A DNA stretch of 64,000 nucleotides. It comes from an uncultured Bacteroidota bacterium. GTDB taxonomy: Bacteria; Bacteroidota; Bacteroidia; Chitinophagales; Chitinophagaceae. This document shows, piece by piece, positions 1-10,249 of the stretch. Location of the stretch: NCBI GenBank assembly GCA_963766585.1, contig CAVYAV010000001.1, positions 343,761 through 407,760 on the forward strand, given 5' to 3'. The translations under genes and the position numbers were made by a program. Numbering within the stretch: the first letter of the stretch is position 1; every line of letters starts with the position of its first letter. The notes under the pieces are model-generated. The model saw nothing but the letters and a program-made list of their open reading frames with translations. It was not told where the DNA came from and searched no databases.

Positions 1-378
1 GTACTGGGAATCCTGGTTGCTGTAGCAATCGTGTTTAGTACATGGAGCTTGTTGCGCGATAGTTTGCGTTTATCCCTGGATGCGGTTCCGCAGGGAATTG
101 ATTTACGCGCAGTACAGTCTGCCATTGAAAAAATAAATGGTGTGCAGGATTTTCACCATATTCATATCTGGGCGCTGAGTACCACTGAAAATGCACTCAC
201 CGGTCATGTCGTATTAAAAAAAGAAATAGGGATAGAAGCGCAGGAGAAAATTAAAAAAGAAATCAAACACCAGCTGCTTCACTATAATATCCAGCATGTA
301 ACGCTGGAAACAGAAACGGAAACGCTTGCCTGCGAGCCGCATCGCGGAGTTAATCTTTCAGCAAATCCTTCACCCTGA
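1..378 (+). CDS. Cation diffusion facilitator (CzcD/ZitB-type) divalent-metal efflux protein, C-terminal fragment; 5' end lies outside the window
   Basis: Frame 1 is open from base 1 to the stop at 376-378. The tail ...LRAVQSAIEKINGVQDFHHIHIWALSTTENALTGHVVL...IQHVTLETE is typical of the CDF cytoplasmic C-terminal domain. Confidence 0.8.
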   Translation, partial: VLGILVAVAIVFSTWSLLRDSLRLSLDAVPQGIDLRAVQSAIEKINGVQDFHHIHIWALSTTENALTGHVVLKKEIGIEAQEKIKKEIKHQLLHYNIQHVTLETETETLACEPHRGVNLSANPSP

Positions 379-832
379 GTTCCAGTTCAGATCCCTCTGC
401 ATTAACCGAACGAATAATCCCTTGTCTGTCGATCAGGAAAGAGGATGGAATCATATCCACCCCATAAGCTGCGGCGGATGTAGCTTCCCATCCTTTATCG
501 TCAATTACCTGAATCCATTTGAGTTTGTCGTGCTGCACTGCCTTTTTCCAGTCTTCGGAATTCTCATCCAGTGAAACGCCATAGATCTCCAGTCCTTTAT
601 CATGATATTTGTTATACAGCTTTACCAGCCTTGGGTTATTGTGGCGACATGGTCCGCACCAGCTCGCCCAGAAATCGATGAGTACCACTTTTCCTTTCAA
701 GGCAGAAAGAGAAACAGCCTGTCCTTTTAAATCCGGAAGTGATAATTCAGCTGCAGTTTGTCCTGGTCCCATTTGTGAAAATCCATTTACACTGAGAATC
801 AGTAAAAACAGGGATATACAGATTCGGTTCAT
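350..832 (-). CDS. TlpA-like periplasmic thiol:disulfide oxidoreductase (thioredoxin fold, AhpC/TSA-redoxin family)
   Basis: Signal peptide MNRICISLFLLILSVNGFSQ and CxxC motif in IDFWASWCGPCR. The ATG at 830-832 is preferred over the TTG at 841 used by the ORF track. Confidence 0.85.
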   Translation of the reverse strand: MNRICISLFLLILSVNGFSQMGPGQTAAELSLPDLKGQAVSLSALKGKVVLIDFWASWCGPCRHNNPRLVKLYNKYHDKGLEIYGVSLDENSEDWKKAVQHDKLKWIQVIDDKGWEATSAAAYGVDMIPSSFLIDRQGIIRSVNAEGSELELRVKDLLKD

Positions 833-934
833 TTGCAACAATCTTTTTTGGTGAACAAAGACTGTAATAAACGCAGGATTGATCGGTATATTGAATAAAA
901 GACGGTCATACTGAAGTAAAATTAGTTATTAATC

Positions 935-2931
935 TCAGTTTACAAAACTCCAATAAATGCCGAGGCGGATTTTTAGTCCCGCATAGGGATAAGAAGGCGC
1001 TACGAAATTATTATTGGTAAACCCAAATCCGGTGGCTGGTGAAAATTGGGCTGTATTCAGGTTTTCCATGCGGAAATAGGCAACAAAGCTCCGTATTCTG
1101 AAATTCAGATAGGCAGTAATATCAGGCAGCTGTTCGGCGATCCGGGTTTGCGACTGTGTAAAAAACTGCCCGACTACCGGCGAATATCCATCTGCGTTAT
1201 AAGGGGAGAAATATCTGAATTCCAGTCCGAAAGCCAGATTCAGGTTTTTCTGACCCAAGCTTACCTTCATATCCGATCTGGCCCGCGGTAACGAACAAGG
1301 GCAAGTTAACAGGTGACCCTCCGGCTACTTTCTGCAATATGGCTTTTGCCCGTCAGGATCAGATGCTGGGTTAGTGCAAACCGTTTATCGCCGGATATTA
1401 CGAGAACATTAAATGGATTCGATTCCTGGGAAGCATGATAATAGTTGGTAAAATATGGGTAATTAGTCATCAGGTAGTAATTGCCGGCTAGCGATAAATC
1501 CAGTTTAACCAGATCAAGGGAACCAAAGAGGTGCACCACATTTTCTTTATTGAAAGTTCCACTTGGAACACCGAAACCAAAACTGGTTTCATGGGTCCAG
1601 GCCATGGAAACCATACGGTTCACGTTTTCGAAACCAACCTGCAGGTAACCCAGGTTTTTACTAATCTGCCGTTTGAGGCTGAGATAAACGTTATAGTCTC
1701 CTGCATTATATCCATTCACATAAAAATTACCGAAAGCCTCCACATCCCATTTTTTATTACGCGTTTTATTCCGGTATTCTCCATGGACGAAAAGGTTATA
1801 CAGGGAAAGTTCTCCCTGATTATAGGTACCCTTCATGGATTGAAAAGTAATTCCCGCTTTTAAAAACTGTTGTGAATTTTTTGAATCCGGGAAAGAATAG
1901 AGTGAAAAATCATTTGTCAGGTTATGCCACAGGTCACTCAGATGCATCGTATCCGGAGTGGATATGAAGTCGAGGTTATGAATATAATACCCTGTGTCTG
2001 GAGAATAGTCGTTAAATGTTTGGTGATAGGTTGAATAATTGATGGTTTGTTCCGCGCGGAATTTGGGATAGAACAGGGGGATCACGATCGAATCGGTAAC
2101 AACCGAATCTTTTAGACCAATAATATCATATTGCTGCCGGAGGGTAAAAAATCCTGTTGTATAAAATGTGCCGGTGGAAATGGTGGTGCCAAACGGATTA
2201 TTAATTGAACCAAAGGTTTGTGCCTGTCCAATATTCGTGGGAATGGTAAAACGGTTTGTATAAGAAGCCGAATCCAGGTAGGAATTGTTCTGTATTCCTG
2301 CACTTTCAGCCGATTGCAATTTACTTCCCAGCATAATCAGGAAAGCCTGGTACCGTTTATTATGCGACTGATACCAGGAAGTAAACCTGTAGTTATTGTG
2401 ATTGGTATTCTGACTTCCATAAGTACCTGGTGAATTGATCAGCCGGTATTGAAAAAAAAAGTTCCAGTTTCGTGTAATATTCTGCGTATGGATGATATTA
2501 ATCATCTGCTCTGCATTACTGCCCAGCAGGTAACCTAGTTCTGAGTATGGTTTAGTGGTATTGTAAAATTTAACGGTTTCGTTGGTATATACATAAGGAT
2601 CATAGGCATGCCATCCCCCATCCCATCCCGGTTTTATGAAGGGATTAAACACAAGACTGTTTGATGCCGTACCAATATTTCCGAAATCAATGTAAGTGGG
2701 CTGAAGAGGATATCGCAGGTAAAAATTATAGATTTCAGAATCCAGCTTCAACAAACGGCTGGAATCAAGATAGCGGTAAGTAATACTCATCGTATCATCC
2801 TTGCGGTGCTGAAGGGAGTCAGTACTTTTTCCCCCGCCGCCCATACCCTTAAACCTGCTTAACGGGCTACCCTGCCCGCTGGCAAACAGGAACCCGCCCA
2901 TGATAACTATAATTAATAAAAGTCCTTTCAT
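935..2931 (-). pseudogene. Outer-membrane beta-barrel protein of the Bacteroidota 'putative porin' type, frame-disrupted (true pseudogene or assembly indel)
   Basis: A 541-aa ORF (1306-2931) has signal peptide MKGLLLIIVIMGGFLFASGQ and Tyr/Asn/Phe-rich strand-like composition. A 111-aa ORF (935-1270, ending ...GLKIRLGIYWSFVN) follows on the same strand in a different frame. The third frame is open across about 1240-1352 and reads ...GGSPVNLPLFVTAGQIGYEGKLG... Confidence 0.6.
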
Positions 2932-2938
2932 GTGATAA

Positions 2939-3763
2939 TCATATGGATGCCACGAGGCCTTTGAAAATGGCCGTCAGCCTTGGTTCTGCAAGCCTGGCTT
3001 CGAGTAATACCTCTTCATGGGTTATTGCATTTTCTTCTTCACGTATACCCATATCCGTTATAATACTCATGGCAAATACATCCATACCCAGGTGAACTGC
3101 CGCAATAGTTTCCTGAACTGTGCTCATACCAACAGCATCCGCGCCGGAAAGGTGCAATAGTTTATACTCAGCCCTGGTCTCGAACGTAGGGCCGGTAACG
3201 CCTGCATATACCCCTTCCCTGACCCCGATACCGTTTTTAGCCGCAACCACCCTTGCTTTTTGAATCAGATACTTTTTATATGGTTCACTCATATCCGGGA
3301 AACGGGGACCCAGCAGTTCATTATTAGGGCCGATCAGCGGGTTAACCGTAAACAGGCTGATATGATCAGTAATGATCATCAGGTCTCCAACTTTAAAAGC
3401 CGGGTTCATACCACCGGCAGCATTGGAAAGGAGCAGCGTTTTGACACCCAGGAAATGCATCAGCCTGACCGGAAAAACAACCTGCTCTACTCCATAGCCT
3501 TCATAAAAATGAAACCGGCCCGCCATGGCCACAATTCTCCTGCCTTCCATTTTTCCAAAAATAAGCAGCCCCGAATGGCCGGCTACCGTCGAAACGGGAA
3601 AGTCAGGTATGGAAGAATAGTCAATCTGGAATTCTATATCTATTTCGCTGGATAAATTCCCGATGCCGCTGCCCAGTACGATACCTATGGAAGGTTGATA
3701 GGGATACGATTTTTTGATAAAGTCAGCCGTTTGCTGAAGATTTCTGATCTGGTTTTCCGTCAT
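2939..3763 (-). CDS. Purine nucleoside phosphorylase (trimeric PNP/PunA type)
   Basis: 274 aa with family motifs GRFHFYEGY, LLSNAAGG, GPTFETRAE and GMSTVQE. Confidence 0.9.
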   Translation of the reverse strand: MTENQIRNLQQTADFIKKSYPYQPSIGIVLGSGIGNLSSEIDIEFQIDYSSIPDFPVSTVAGHSGLLIFGKMEGRRIVAMAGRFHFYEGYGVEQVVFPVRLMHFLGVKTLLLSNAAGGMNPAFKVGDLMIITDHISLFTVNPLIGPNNELLGPRFPDMSEPYKKYLIQKARVVAAKNGIGVREGVYAGVTGPTFETRAEYKLLHLSGADAVGMSTVQETIAAVHLGMDVFAMSIITDMGIREEENAITHEEVLLEARLAEPRLTAIFKGLVASI

Positions 3764-3797
3764 AATGATACCTGTATTTCCAAATAGTCGGACCGGG

Positions 3798-3805
3798 CAA
3801 AGATA
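3798..3805 (-). promoter_or_regulatory. Bacteroidota -7 promoter box (TATCTTTG on minus strand) upstream of the PNP gene
   Basis: Exact match to TAnnTTTG, 34 nt upstream of the ATG at 3763. Confidence 0.35.
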
Positions 3806-3830
3806 AGCTGCCTGCCCTTACCTGACCAGA

Positions 3831-5468
3831 TTATCGAATCCTGGTGTGCCGCAATTCCAACAGGTTTAAACCATTTGCCTCAAAGCCGCTGACTGCCGGA
3901 TTTACCAGGTGTATCACCTGATCGTACCAAAGCGGAACCACGGGTGCGTCCTGGATTACCATCTGATCCATTTTCCGATAAAGCTGAAACCTTATGCTGT
4001 CGTTATTTTCAATAAGTGAACTTCGATAAAGAATATCGAATGCAGGATTCCTGTACCGTGTATAATTGGGAGGTGCCGGATTTTCGGAATAAAAAACACT
4101 CAGGTAGTTTTCCGCGTCGGGATAATCCCCGATCCAGCTGGCACGGAAAAATAAAGCCTGTGATTTCGCTGTTTCCTCGAGAAGCAAACTTTTCTGGGTA
4201 ATGTCTACCTGCACCTTTATACCAATCTCTTCCAACTGTCGGGTAATGAAACTGGCCAGGTCGGCATAAATATCAATCGTTTTAAGTGTAATCACCGGAA
4301 GTCCGGTTCCGTTGGGAAAGCCGGCTTCGCGAAGCAGTTGCCGGGCCTTAACAGGGTCATAATGATACCCGTGCACTATGGATGAATCAAAACTCGGAAG
4401 AGCGCTGGGAATAAATCCGCTTTCTGCCGGGGTACCGATGGAATTTCGGAGGTAGGTCATCATCTTTCTCCGGTCAAAACCATAATTGATTGCCTGACGG
4501 ATTTTTAATAGCCGCAAAGGTGTAGCCTGTACAGCGGGCAAGCTGCTGTCTACGACAATACCCAGGTATTCTGTATTGAGATATGGACTCTTCGAAAGTT
4601 GAATCCTGCCTACCCAGTCTTGCTTCAATTCTCCTTTTTTATTGAGCACTTCATCTTTGAAAGACGGATCGATATCATTCATGAAATCCAACCGGCCCTG
4701 TTGTAACAACAAAAATTCGATAGCCCGGTTATCAAAAAAACTGATTTTTACTGCATCCAGGTATGGCAATCGTACACCTGCACTGTCTTTTTCAAAATAG
4801 TTTTCATTCTTCACCAGAATCATATCCTGACCTTCCTCCCAGCTTTTAAATTGAAATGGACCTGTGCCACAGGGATGATTCCGGAAATCCTTTCCATATT
4901 TTTCCACTACTTCCCGGGGCACTATAGAACAATATTGCATGCTGAGCAAACCCAGCATGGGATGAAAAGGAGTCAGTAACTCGAGTTCAAAAGTGGAATC
5001 ATCGGGCGCCCGGAATGCCGAGACACCTGAAATCCGTTCATTAAAAATCCAGGCTCCGCTACTGGCTGTTTTTTTATCCAGCAGGCGGGAAAGACTATAA
5101 ACAACATCTGAGGCCTGTAGTCGCCTTCCCCTGCCTCCGGGAAAAACCTCATTATCATGAAAAACCACATCAGTTCTCAGGTGAAAACGATAGGTCTTTT
5201 TATCTTGGGATATTTCCCAGGAATTGGCCAGTGATGGAACGATATTCAGTCTTGCATCCGTTTGTACCAGGGTATTGTACAGTTGGTGAACGGGCCACAT
5301 GACGGATTGGTTTTTAGCGAAGGCCGGATCGAGGCTGGCAATACCGGTGGGTTCATTGTAACGAAAAGTTTTTTTATTACTGGTAGAACGGGAACGACAG
5401 GCGGCTAATGTAAAAATTGTTATTAAAATAAATATAATGACCTTTCCACTATTTAATTTTATTTTCAT
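3831..5468 (-). CDS. ABC transporter substrate-binding lipoprotein, family 5 (peptide/nickel type)
   Basis: Lipoprotein signal MKIKLNSGKVIIFILITIFTLAAC. Length and sequence are typical of SBP_bac_5 proteins. The ATG at 5466-5468 is preferred over the TTG at 5498. Confidence 0.75.
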   Translation of the reverse strand: MKIKLNSGKVIIFILITIFTLAACRSRSTSNKKTFRYNEPTGIASLDPAFAKNQSVMWPVHQLYNTLVQTDARLNIVPSLANSWEISQDKKTYRFHLRTDVVFHDNEVFPGGRGRRLQASDVVYSLSRLLDKKTASSGAWIFNERISGVSAFRAPDDSTFELELLTPFHPMLGLLSMQYCSIVPREVVEKYGKDFRNHPCGTGPFQFKSWEEGQDMILVKNENYFEKDSAGVRLPYLDAVKISFFDNRAIEFLLLQQGRLDFMNDIDPSFKDEVLNKKGELKQDWVGRIQLSKSPYLNTEYLGIVVDSSLPAVQATPLRLLKIRQAINYGFDRRKMMTYLRNSIGTPAESGFIPSALPSFDSSIVHGYHYDPVKARQLLREAGFPNGTGLPVITLKTIDIYADLASFITRQLEEIGIKVQVDITQKSLLLEETAKSQALFFRASWIGDYPDAENYLSVFYSENPAPPNYTRYRNPAFDILYRSSLIENNDSIRFQLYRKMDQMVIQDAPVVPLWYDQVIHLVNPAVSGFEANGLNLLELRHTRIR

Positions 5469-5489
5469 CCGGATACGAAAATCGCATTT

Positions 5490-7157
5490 ATGATTCAACC
5501 CGCGAAAAGCATCTCTTTATTATTGTCTGGCCTCTTTCTGATTTCCATACGGGCCAGCGCCCAGGATGTGAAACCTGTATTCACCCGCGCGGATACGTTA
5601 AGAGGTTCGATGAATGCCGAACGCAATTATAATGTAATTAAATATGATATTTCTTTTACGCCAGATTTTGAAAACAAATCGATCCGGGGACAGAATACCA
5701 TTACCTATACCGATTCCGGCCTGAATACGATTCAGATTGACCTGCAAATGCCTCTTGAAATAGACAGTATTCTTCAGGACGGCCGGGGATTAAAATTTGA
5801 AAGGGAAGGAAACGCATTTCATGTGCAGATGGCGGATCCGGACCGTCTCAAAAAAAGTTGCCCTGCCTGTCTACGCAAACTCACTGTCTACTATCACGGA
5901 AATCCGAAGATTGCAGTCCGTCCGCCATGGGGTGGTGGCTTTATTTTCACGAAAGACAGTCTGGGTCGACCTTGGATGAGTGTGGCCTGCGAAGGCACGG
6001 GAGCAAGTGTGTGGTATCCGTGCAAAGATTACCTCGGAGATGAACCGGACAGCGGCGCCAGCCTGACTATGATCATACCTGATAGTCTCATCGGTGTCGG
6101 CAATGGAAAGCTTATCCGTAAATTTTCGGCAGGAAAAGGATTAACCGGATGGACCTGGGCAGTTGTAAACCCCATTAACAACTACAATATCATTCCTTAT
6201 ATCGGCAAATACGTAAACTGGCATAAAACTTTTTATGGCCAGAAAGGAAATCTGGACTGCAGTTTCTGGGTGCTGGATTACGATCGTAAAAAAGCAATGA
6301 AACATTTTACCGTGGTGGATTCCATGCTGAGTTGTTTTGAATACTGGTTTGGCCCCTATCCTTTTTATGAAGATGGTTATAAACTCGTACAATCACCTCA
6401 CCTGGGTATGGAACACCAGAGTGATATCGCATATGGCAATCATTTCCTGCAGGGATATCTGGGAAGGGATCTTTCCGAAACCGGATGGGGACTTAAATGG
6501 GATTTTATTATTGTTCATGAAAGCGGACATGAATGGTTCGGCAATAATATTACCTGTAAGGACATAGCTGATGAATGGATCCATGAATCCTTCACAAATT
6601 ATAGCGAAACCCTGTATACCGGGCAATATTTTGGAAAGAACGCCGGTGACGATTACTGCATCGGAACCCGTAAAAGTATTTCCAATAAATCTCCCATCAT
6701 ACAATATTATGGCGTAAATCACGGGCCTGAAGGAACCGACGAATATTATAAAGGCGGGAATATGATCCATACCATTCGCGCAGTTATTCATAATGATGAA
6801 ATTTTCCGCAAAGTGATGCGGGGGCTGAATCAGAATTTTTATCATCAGACAGTTACCGCTGCAGATTTCCTGAATGAAATCAACAAAATTTCCGGAATAA
6901 ATTTTACCCCGGTCTTTAATCAGTACCTGAGAACCACAAATATTCCCGTTCTGGAATATAAGTTCGAAGATAAAACCCTGAGTTATCGATGGGCAAACTG
7001 CAATGAAAATTTTAATATGCCGGTATTGGTGGACGTGAGCGGACCGCGATGGCTGACTGCCACTACGACCTGGAAAAAAGAAAAGATCCCGAATCTGAAC
7101 AAACCCGAACTTCAGGTTGACCGGAATTTTTATGTTACCCAACGAAAAGCGGAATAA
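5490..7157 (+). CDS. M1-family zinc metallopeptidase (aminopeptidase N-like), secreted
   Basis: Signal peptide ...LFLISIRASAQ and gluzincin motif VHESGHEWFGN followed by WIHESFTNY. Confidence 0.85.
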   Translation: MIQPAKSISLLLSGLFLISIRASAQDVKPVFTRADTLRGSMNAERNYNVIKYDISFTPDFENKSIRGQNTITYTDSGLNTIQIDLQMPLEIDSILQDGRGLKFEREGNAFHVQMADPDRLKKSCPACLRKLTVYYHGNPKIAVRPPWGGGFIFTKDSLGRPWMSVACEGTGASVWYPCKDYLGDEPDSGASLTMIIPDSLIGVGNGKLIRKFSAGKGLTGWTWAVVNPINNYNIIPYIGKYVNWHKTFYGQKGNLDCSFWVLDYDRKKAMKHFTVVDSMLSCFEYWFGPYPFYEDGYKLVQSPHLGMEHQSDIAYGNHFLQGYLGRDLSETGWGLKWDFIIVHESGHEWFGNNITCKDIADEWIHESFTNYSETLYTGQYFGKNAGDDYCIGTRKSISNKSPIIQYYGVNHGPEGTDEYYKGGNMIHTIRAVIHNDEIFRKVMRGLNQNFYHQTVTAADFLNEINKISGINFTPVFNQYLRTTNIPVLEYKFEDKTLSYRWANCNENFNMPVLVDVSGPRWLTATTTWKKEKIPNLNKPELQVDRNFYVTQRKAE

Positions 7158-7276
7158 TGATGCTTTGGCGACGGTGGCAGCAGATTTATCATCCGGTACA
7201 GTCACCGCCAACCTCTAACTGCCAACTAAAATGCATTTGATCTAAATCCTTCATCTTTGCAGCGCAACCATTCTGC

Positions 7277-8797
7277 ATGAGCACCATCCGGCGGCAAAGT
7301 ATTCTTTCTTCAGGCATTATTTATCTCGGTTTTGCGCTGGGTTTTTTAAACACCTACCTGTTTACACGTCAGGGAGGGTTTTCCACTTCCGAATACGGAC
7401 TATATGGGACGTTTATGGCAGTGGCAAATATTATTAACGCATTCGCAAACCTGGGAATGCAGGCCTATATCTCCAAGTTTTATCCCTATTACCAGGACAA
7501 TCTGAAAGTGAAGGACGATGACATGATGGGCTGGGCGTTTGTTACTTCTCTCCTGGGATTTATCATGGTACTTGCTGCCGGTTATATTTTCAAAGATCTG
7601 GTAATACGGAAATTTTCAGCCCATTCTCCGGATTTTGTAAAATACTATGCCTGGGTGTTTCCGATGGGATTCGGACTTACTGTTTATTCTATTCTGGAAG
7701 CATTTGCCTGGCAACTGAAAAAATCTGTGCTGACGAATTTCCTCCGGGAAATGTTGTTCAAACTGATTACGTCAGTTCTGGCTATTTTCTTCTTCCTGCG
7801 GGTAATTCACGATTTTGATTTGTTTATTAAATTATTTGCCCTCATTTACCTGATACTTGCCCTCATTCTGCTGATCCTGCTTCTTCGTTCCGGACAACTG
7901 CACCTGACACTGCGTGTAAGTCGGGTTACCAGAAAGTTTTTTAAAAAAATCGTCACCCTTTCCGCCTTTATCTGGAGTGGCAGCCTGATTCAGAATATTG
8001 CTATTGTATTTGACACCCTTGTGATTACAGCTGTTCTTCCGGACGGACTTGCCTGGGCGGGAATTTTTGTGCTGGCTCAGAATATCGCCAGTCTGATTCA
8101 GGCACCCCAGCGGGGTATCATTTCGGCATCCATCTCGCATTTGTCGCGTGCCTGGAAGGATAAGGATTTCGCAAAAATCCAGCTCATTTATCAACGGTCA
8201 TCTATAAATCAGCTGATTTTTGCCTGTGGCATTTTCGTTTTGATCTGGATCAATTTCACTGACGGCGTAAAGAATTTCCACCTGCGGCCTGCCTATGTAG
8301 AGGCCCAGCCGGTTTTTCTATTCCTCGGGCTCTGGCGGATCATTGATATGGGAACAGGATTGAATTCACAGATTATCGGCACCTCCACCCGCTGGCGCTT
8401 TGAATTTATCACCGGGATCATTTTGCTGGCCATTACTCTGCCGTTAAACTATATACTGGCGAAAAAAATGGGAGTAGTCGGACCTGCAATTGCGACCCTG
8501 GTATCCTACATCGTTTATAATACGATACGATATATATTTTTGCTTCGCAAATTCAATCTGCAACCCTTTAGTATTAAAACTTTGTTAACCCTTGTGCTTG
8601 CCATTTCAGGATATTATTTATCCTATTTGTTATTTAGTCATATTCACGGCTTCTTTGCCATGGCGGTCCGCAGCCTGTTTTTTATGACTTTTTATACAGG
8701 CGGGGCGTTGATTTTGAGGTTGTCTCCGGATGTCATTCCGGTTTGGAATACTTTGATAAAGAAACTTACGATTCCGTATCTTCGCCCCCGCAAATAA
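7277..8797 (+). CDS. Polysaccharide/oligosaccharide flippase-like membrane protein (MOP/Wzx superfamily)
   Basis: 506 aa and hydrophobic throughout with many predicted TM helices. The architecture is typical of polysaccharide biosynthesis (Wzx-like) proteins. Confidence 0.6.
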   Translation: MSTIRRQSILSSGIIYLGFALGFLNTYLFTRQGGFSTSEYGLYGTFMAVANIINAFANLGMQAYISKFYPYYQDNLKVKDDDMMGWAFVTSLLGFIMVLAAGYIFKDLVIRKFSAHSPDFVKYYAWVFPMGFGLTVYSILEAFAWQLKKSVLTNFLREMLFKLITSVLAIFFFLRVIHDFDLFIKLFALIYLILALILLILLLRSGQLHLTLRVSRVTRKFFKKIVTLSAFIWSGSLIQNIAIVFDTLVITAVLPDGLAWAGIFVLAQNIASLIQAPQRGIISASISHLSRAWKDKDFAKIQLIYQRSSINQLIFACGIFVLIWINFTDGVKNFHLRPAYVEAQPVFLFLGLWRIIDMGTGLNSQIIGTSTRWRFEFITGIILLAITLPLNYILAKKMGVVGPAIATLVSYIVYNTIRYIFLLRKFNLQPFSIKTLLTLVLAISGYYLSYLLFSHIHGFFAMAVRSLFFMTFYTGGALILRLSPDVIPVWNTLIKKLTIPYLRPRK

Positions 8798-8812
8798 GCA
8801 AAGTTCTTCAAC

Positions 8813-9736
8813 ATGATCACGAGACGTAATATCAGGGTTAAGATAATGCAGACCCTATACTCCCTGGAGGCGCAGGAAAACCAAAAGACGGGAGATGCTC
8901 AGCGGATCTTACAAAAGCATTTTGACCAGTCCAGGCAACTTCTTATCTATCTTATTTATTTTCTTACAGAACTCGCACGGTATGCTGAAACGGATTCCCT
9001 TCGCCGTTCCTCCAAACACCTGCCTACTGAGGGGGATAAAAATGTCAATACAAAGCTTGCCGGAAACCAGCTTCTCTGGAAAATGCTGGAACAGGAGTCA
9101 TATCAGAAAACAGTGAAGAAAGACAAACCTGAACTTATTGAGAGTGCTGATATGGTAAGGAAACTATATCTCGAATTACGGGATTCCGAAATGTATCATA
9201 AATATATTTCTGAAAACAGCCGGGATAAAAAACCGGAGAAAGAAATCCTGGAATTTATTTTCAACGATTTCATGCTTGCCAATGAGGCATTTGAATCACA
9301 CCTGGAAGAAATATTTCCAAACTGGGGCGACGATGCAGAAATGATGCAGAAACTGGTAACCGGTTATTTGAACAAAACCTCTGCTTTTAATTTTGAAGAA
9401 ATGGTCAGCCCGGACAAGGCCGAATTTGCCCGGAATCTGATTACGGCAGTAATGGAGAAAAAAGAGGTTACCATGGAACTCATACGTCCTAAATTAAAAA
9501 ACTGGGATGCGGAACGTATCGCTACCCTGGATATGATACTGATGGAAATGGGTGTTTGCGAATTCCTGTTTTTTGAAACCATTCCTCCGAAAGTTACAAT
9601 TAACGAATATATTGATCTGGCCAAGGATTATAGTACCCCGCTTAGCGGACAATTTGTAAATGGCATACTCGATAACATTCACAAGGATCTGGTGACTGAA
9701 AACAAGATGCATAAGGTGAATTTCAAAGCCTCCTGA
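8813..9736 (+). CDS. nusB: Transcription antitermination factor NusB (long Bacteroidota form)
   Basis: N-terminal RRNIRVKIMQTLYSLE and C-terminal ERIATLDMILMEMGVCEFLFFETIPPKVTINEYIDLAKDYSTPLSGQFVNGILDNI match the NusB fold. A roughly 140-aa insertion lies between them. Confidence 0.85.
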   Translation: MITRRNIRVKIMQTLYSLEAQENQKTGDAQRILQKHFDQSRQLLIYLIYFLTELARYAETDSLRRSSKHLPTEGDKNVNTKLAGNQLLWKMLEQESYQKTVKKDKPELIESADMVRKLYLELRDSEMYHKYISENSRDKKPEKEILEFIFNDFMLANEAFESHLEEIFPNWGDDAEMMQKLVTGYLNKTSAFNFEEMVSPDKAEFARNLITAVMEKKEVTMELIRPKLKNWDAERIATLDMILMEMGVCEFLFFETIPPKVTINEYIDLAKDYSTPLSGQFVNGILDNIHKDLVTENKMHKVNFKAS

Positions 9737-9756
9737 CGGATAACAACTTTTTTATA

Positions 9757-9764
9757 TAGGTTTG
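9757..9764 (+). promoter_or_regulatory. -7 promoter box TAGGTTTG upstream of the DUF1573 gene
   Basis: Exact TAnnTTTG match, 17 nt before the ATG at 9782. Confidence 0.35.
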
Positions 9765-9781
9765 CAAAAAATTAGAAACTG

Positions 9782-10222
9782 ATGCGTTTAACTGTCTTAT
9801 ATCTGCTCCTTGCTACTGTTTTTTTTTCCTGTGGTTCGGGAGATGTAAAGAAGACAAACGCCAGATCTATGGAAATTCCGAAGGACAGCAGTCTGTTCAC
9901 CAATATTACATGGCTTGATTCCACCTCGCGCAACTATGGGTCAATTGCCGAAGGACGGACACTTGAAGTAGCGTATCGTTTTTTGAATTCCGGAAATAAA
10001 CCCCTGATTATTTCACGGGTTCAACCCAGTTGCGGATGTACGGTTGCCGAACAGCCGGAAGAACCCATCCTGCCGGGAAAAGAGGGAGTAATTAAAGCTT
10101 CCTTTAACAGTGAAGGAAGGATCGGGGTAAACCACAAAAAAATATATGTGATGGCCAATACCCGCGGAACACAGAATAATGAAGTGGAATTCAGTGTTTT
10201 GGTAGAGAAGAAAAAATGGTAA
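9782..10222 (+). CDS. DUF1573 domain-containing secreted protein
   Basis: Signal/lipoprotein-like N-terminus (...VFFSCGS) and the motif RVQPSCGCTVAE, characteristic of DUF1573. It occupies the conserved position between nusB and yajC. Confidence 0.8.
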   Translation: MRLTVLYLLLATVFFSCGSGDVKKTNARSMEIPKDSSLFTNITWLDSTSRNYGSIAEGRTLEVAYRFLNSGNKPLIISRVQPSCGCTVAEQPEEPILPGKEGVIKASFNSEGRIGVNHKKIYVMANTRGTQNNEVEFSVLVEKKKW

Positions 10223-10249
10223 ATATAGATTTCAAATAAAAACAATACA

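Noticed and set aside
6393-7211. 272-aa minus-strand ORF, and similar long antisense ORFs at 15165-15725, 16184-16570, 17821-18258, 24558-24971, 39684-40079, 56074-56445 and 56739-57119.
   Set aside because: All lie entirely inside, and antisense to, confidently identified conserved genes (M1 peptidase, SecDF, histidine kinase, RND pump, GlmS, SucC). Their translations are low-complexity or unlike any family, so they are shadow ORFs.
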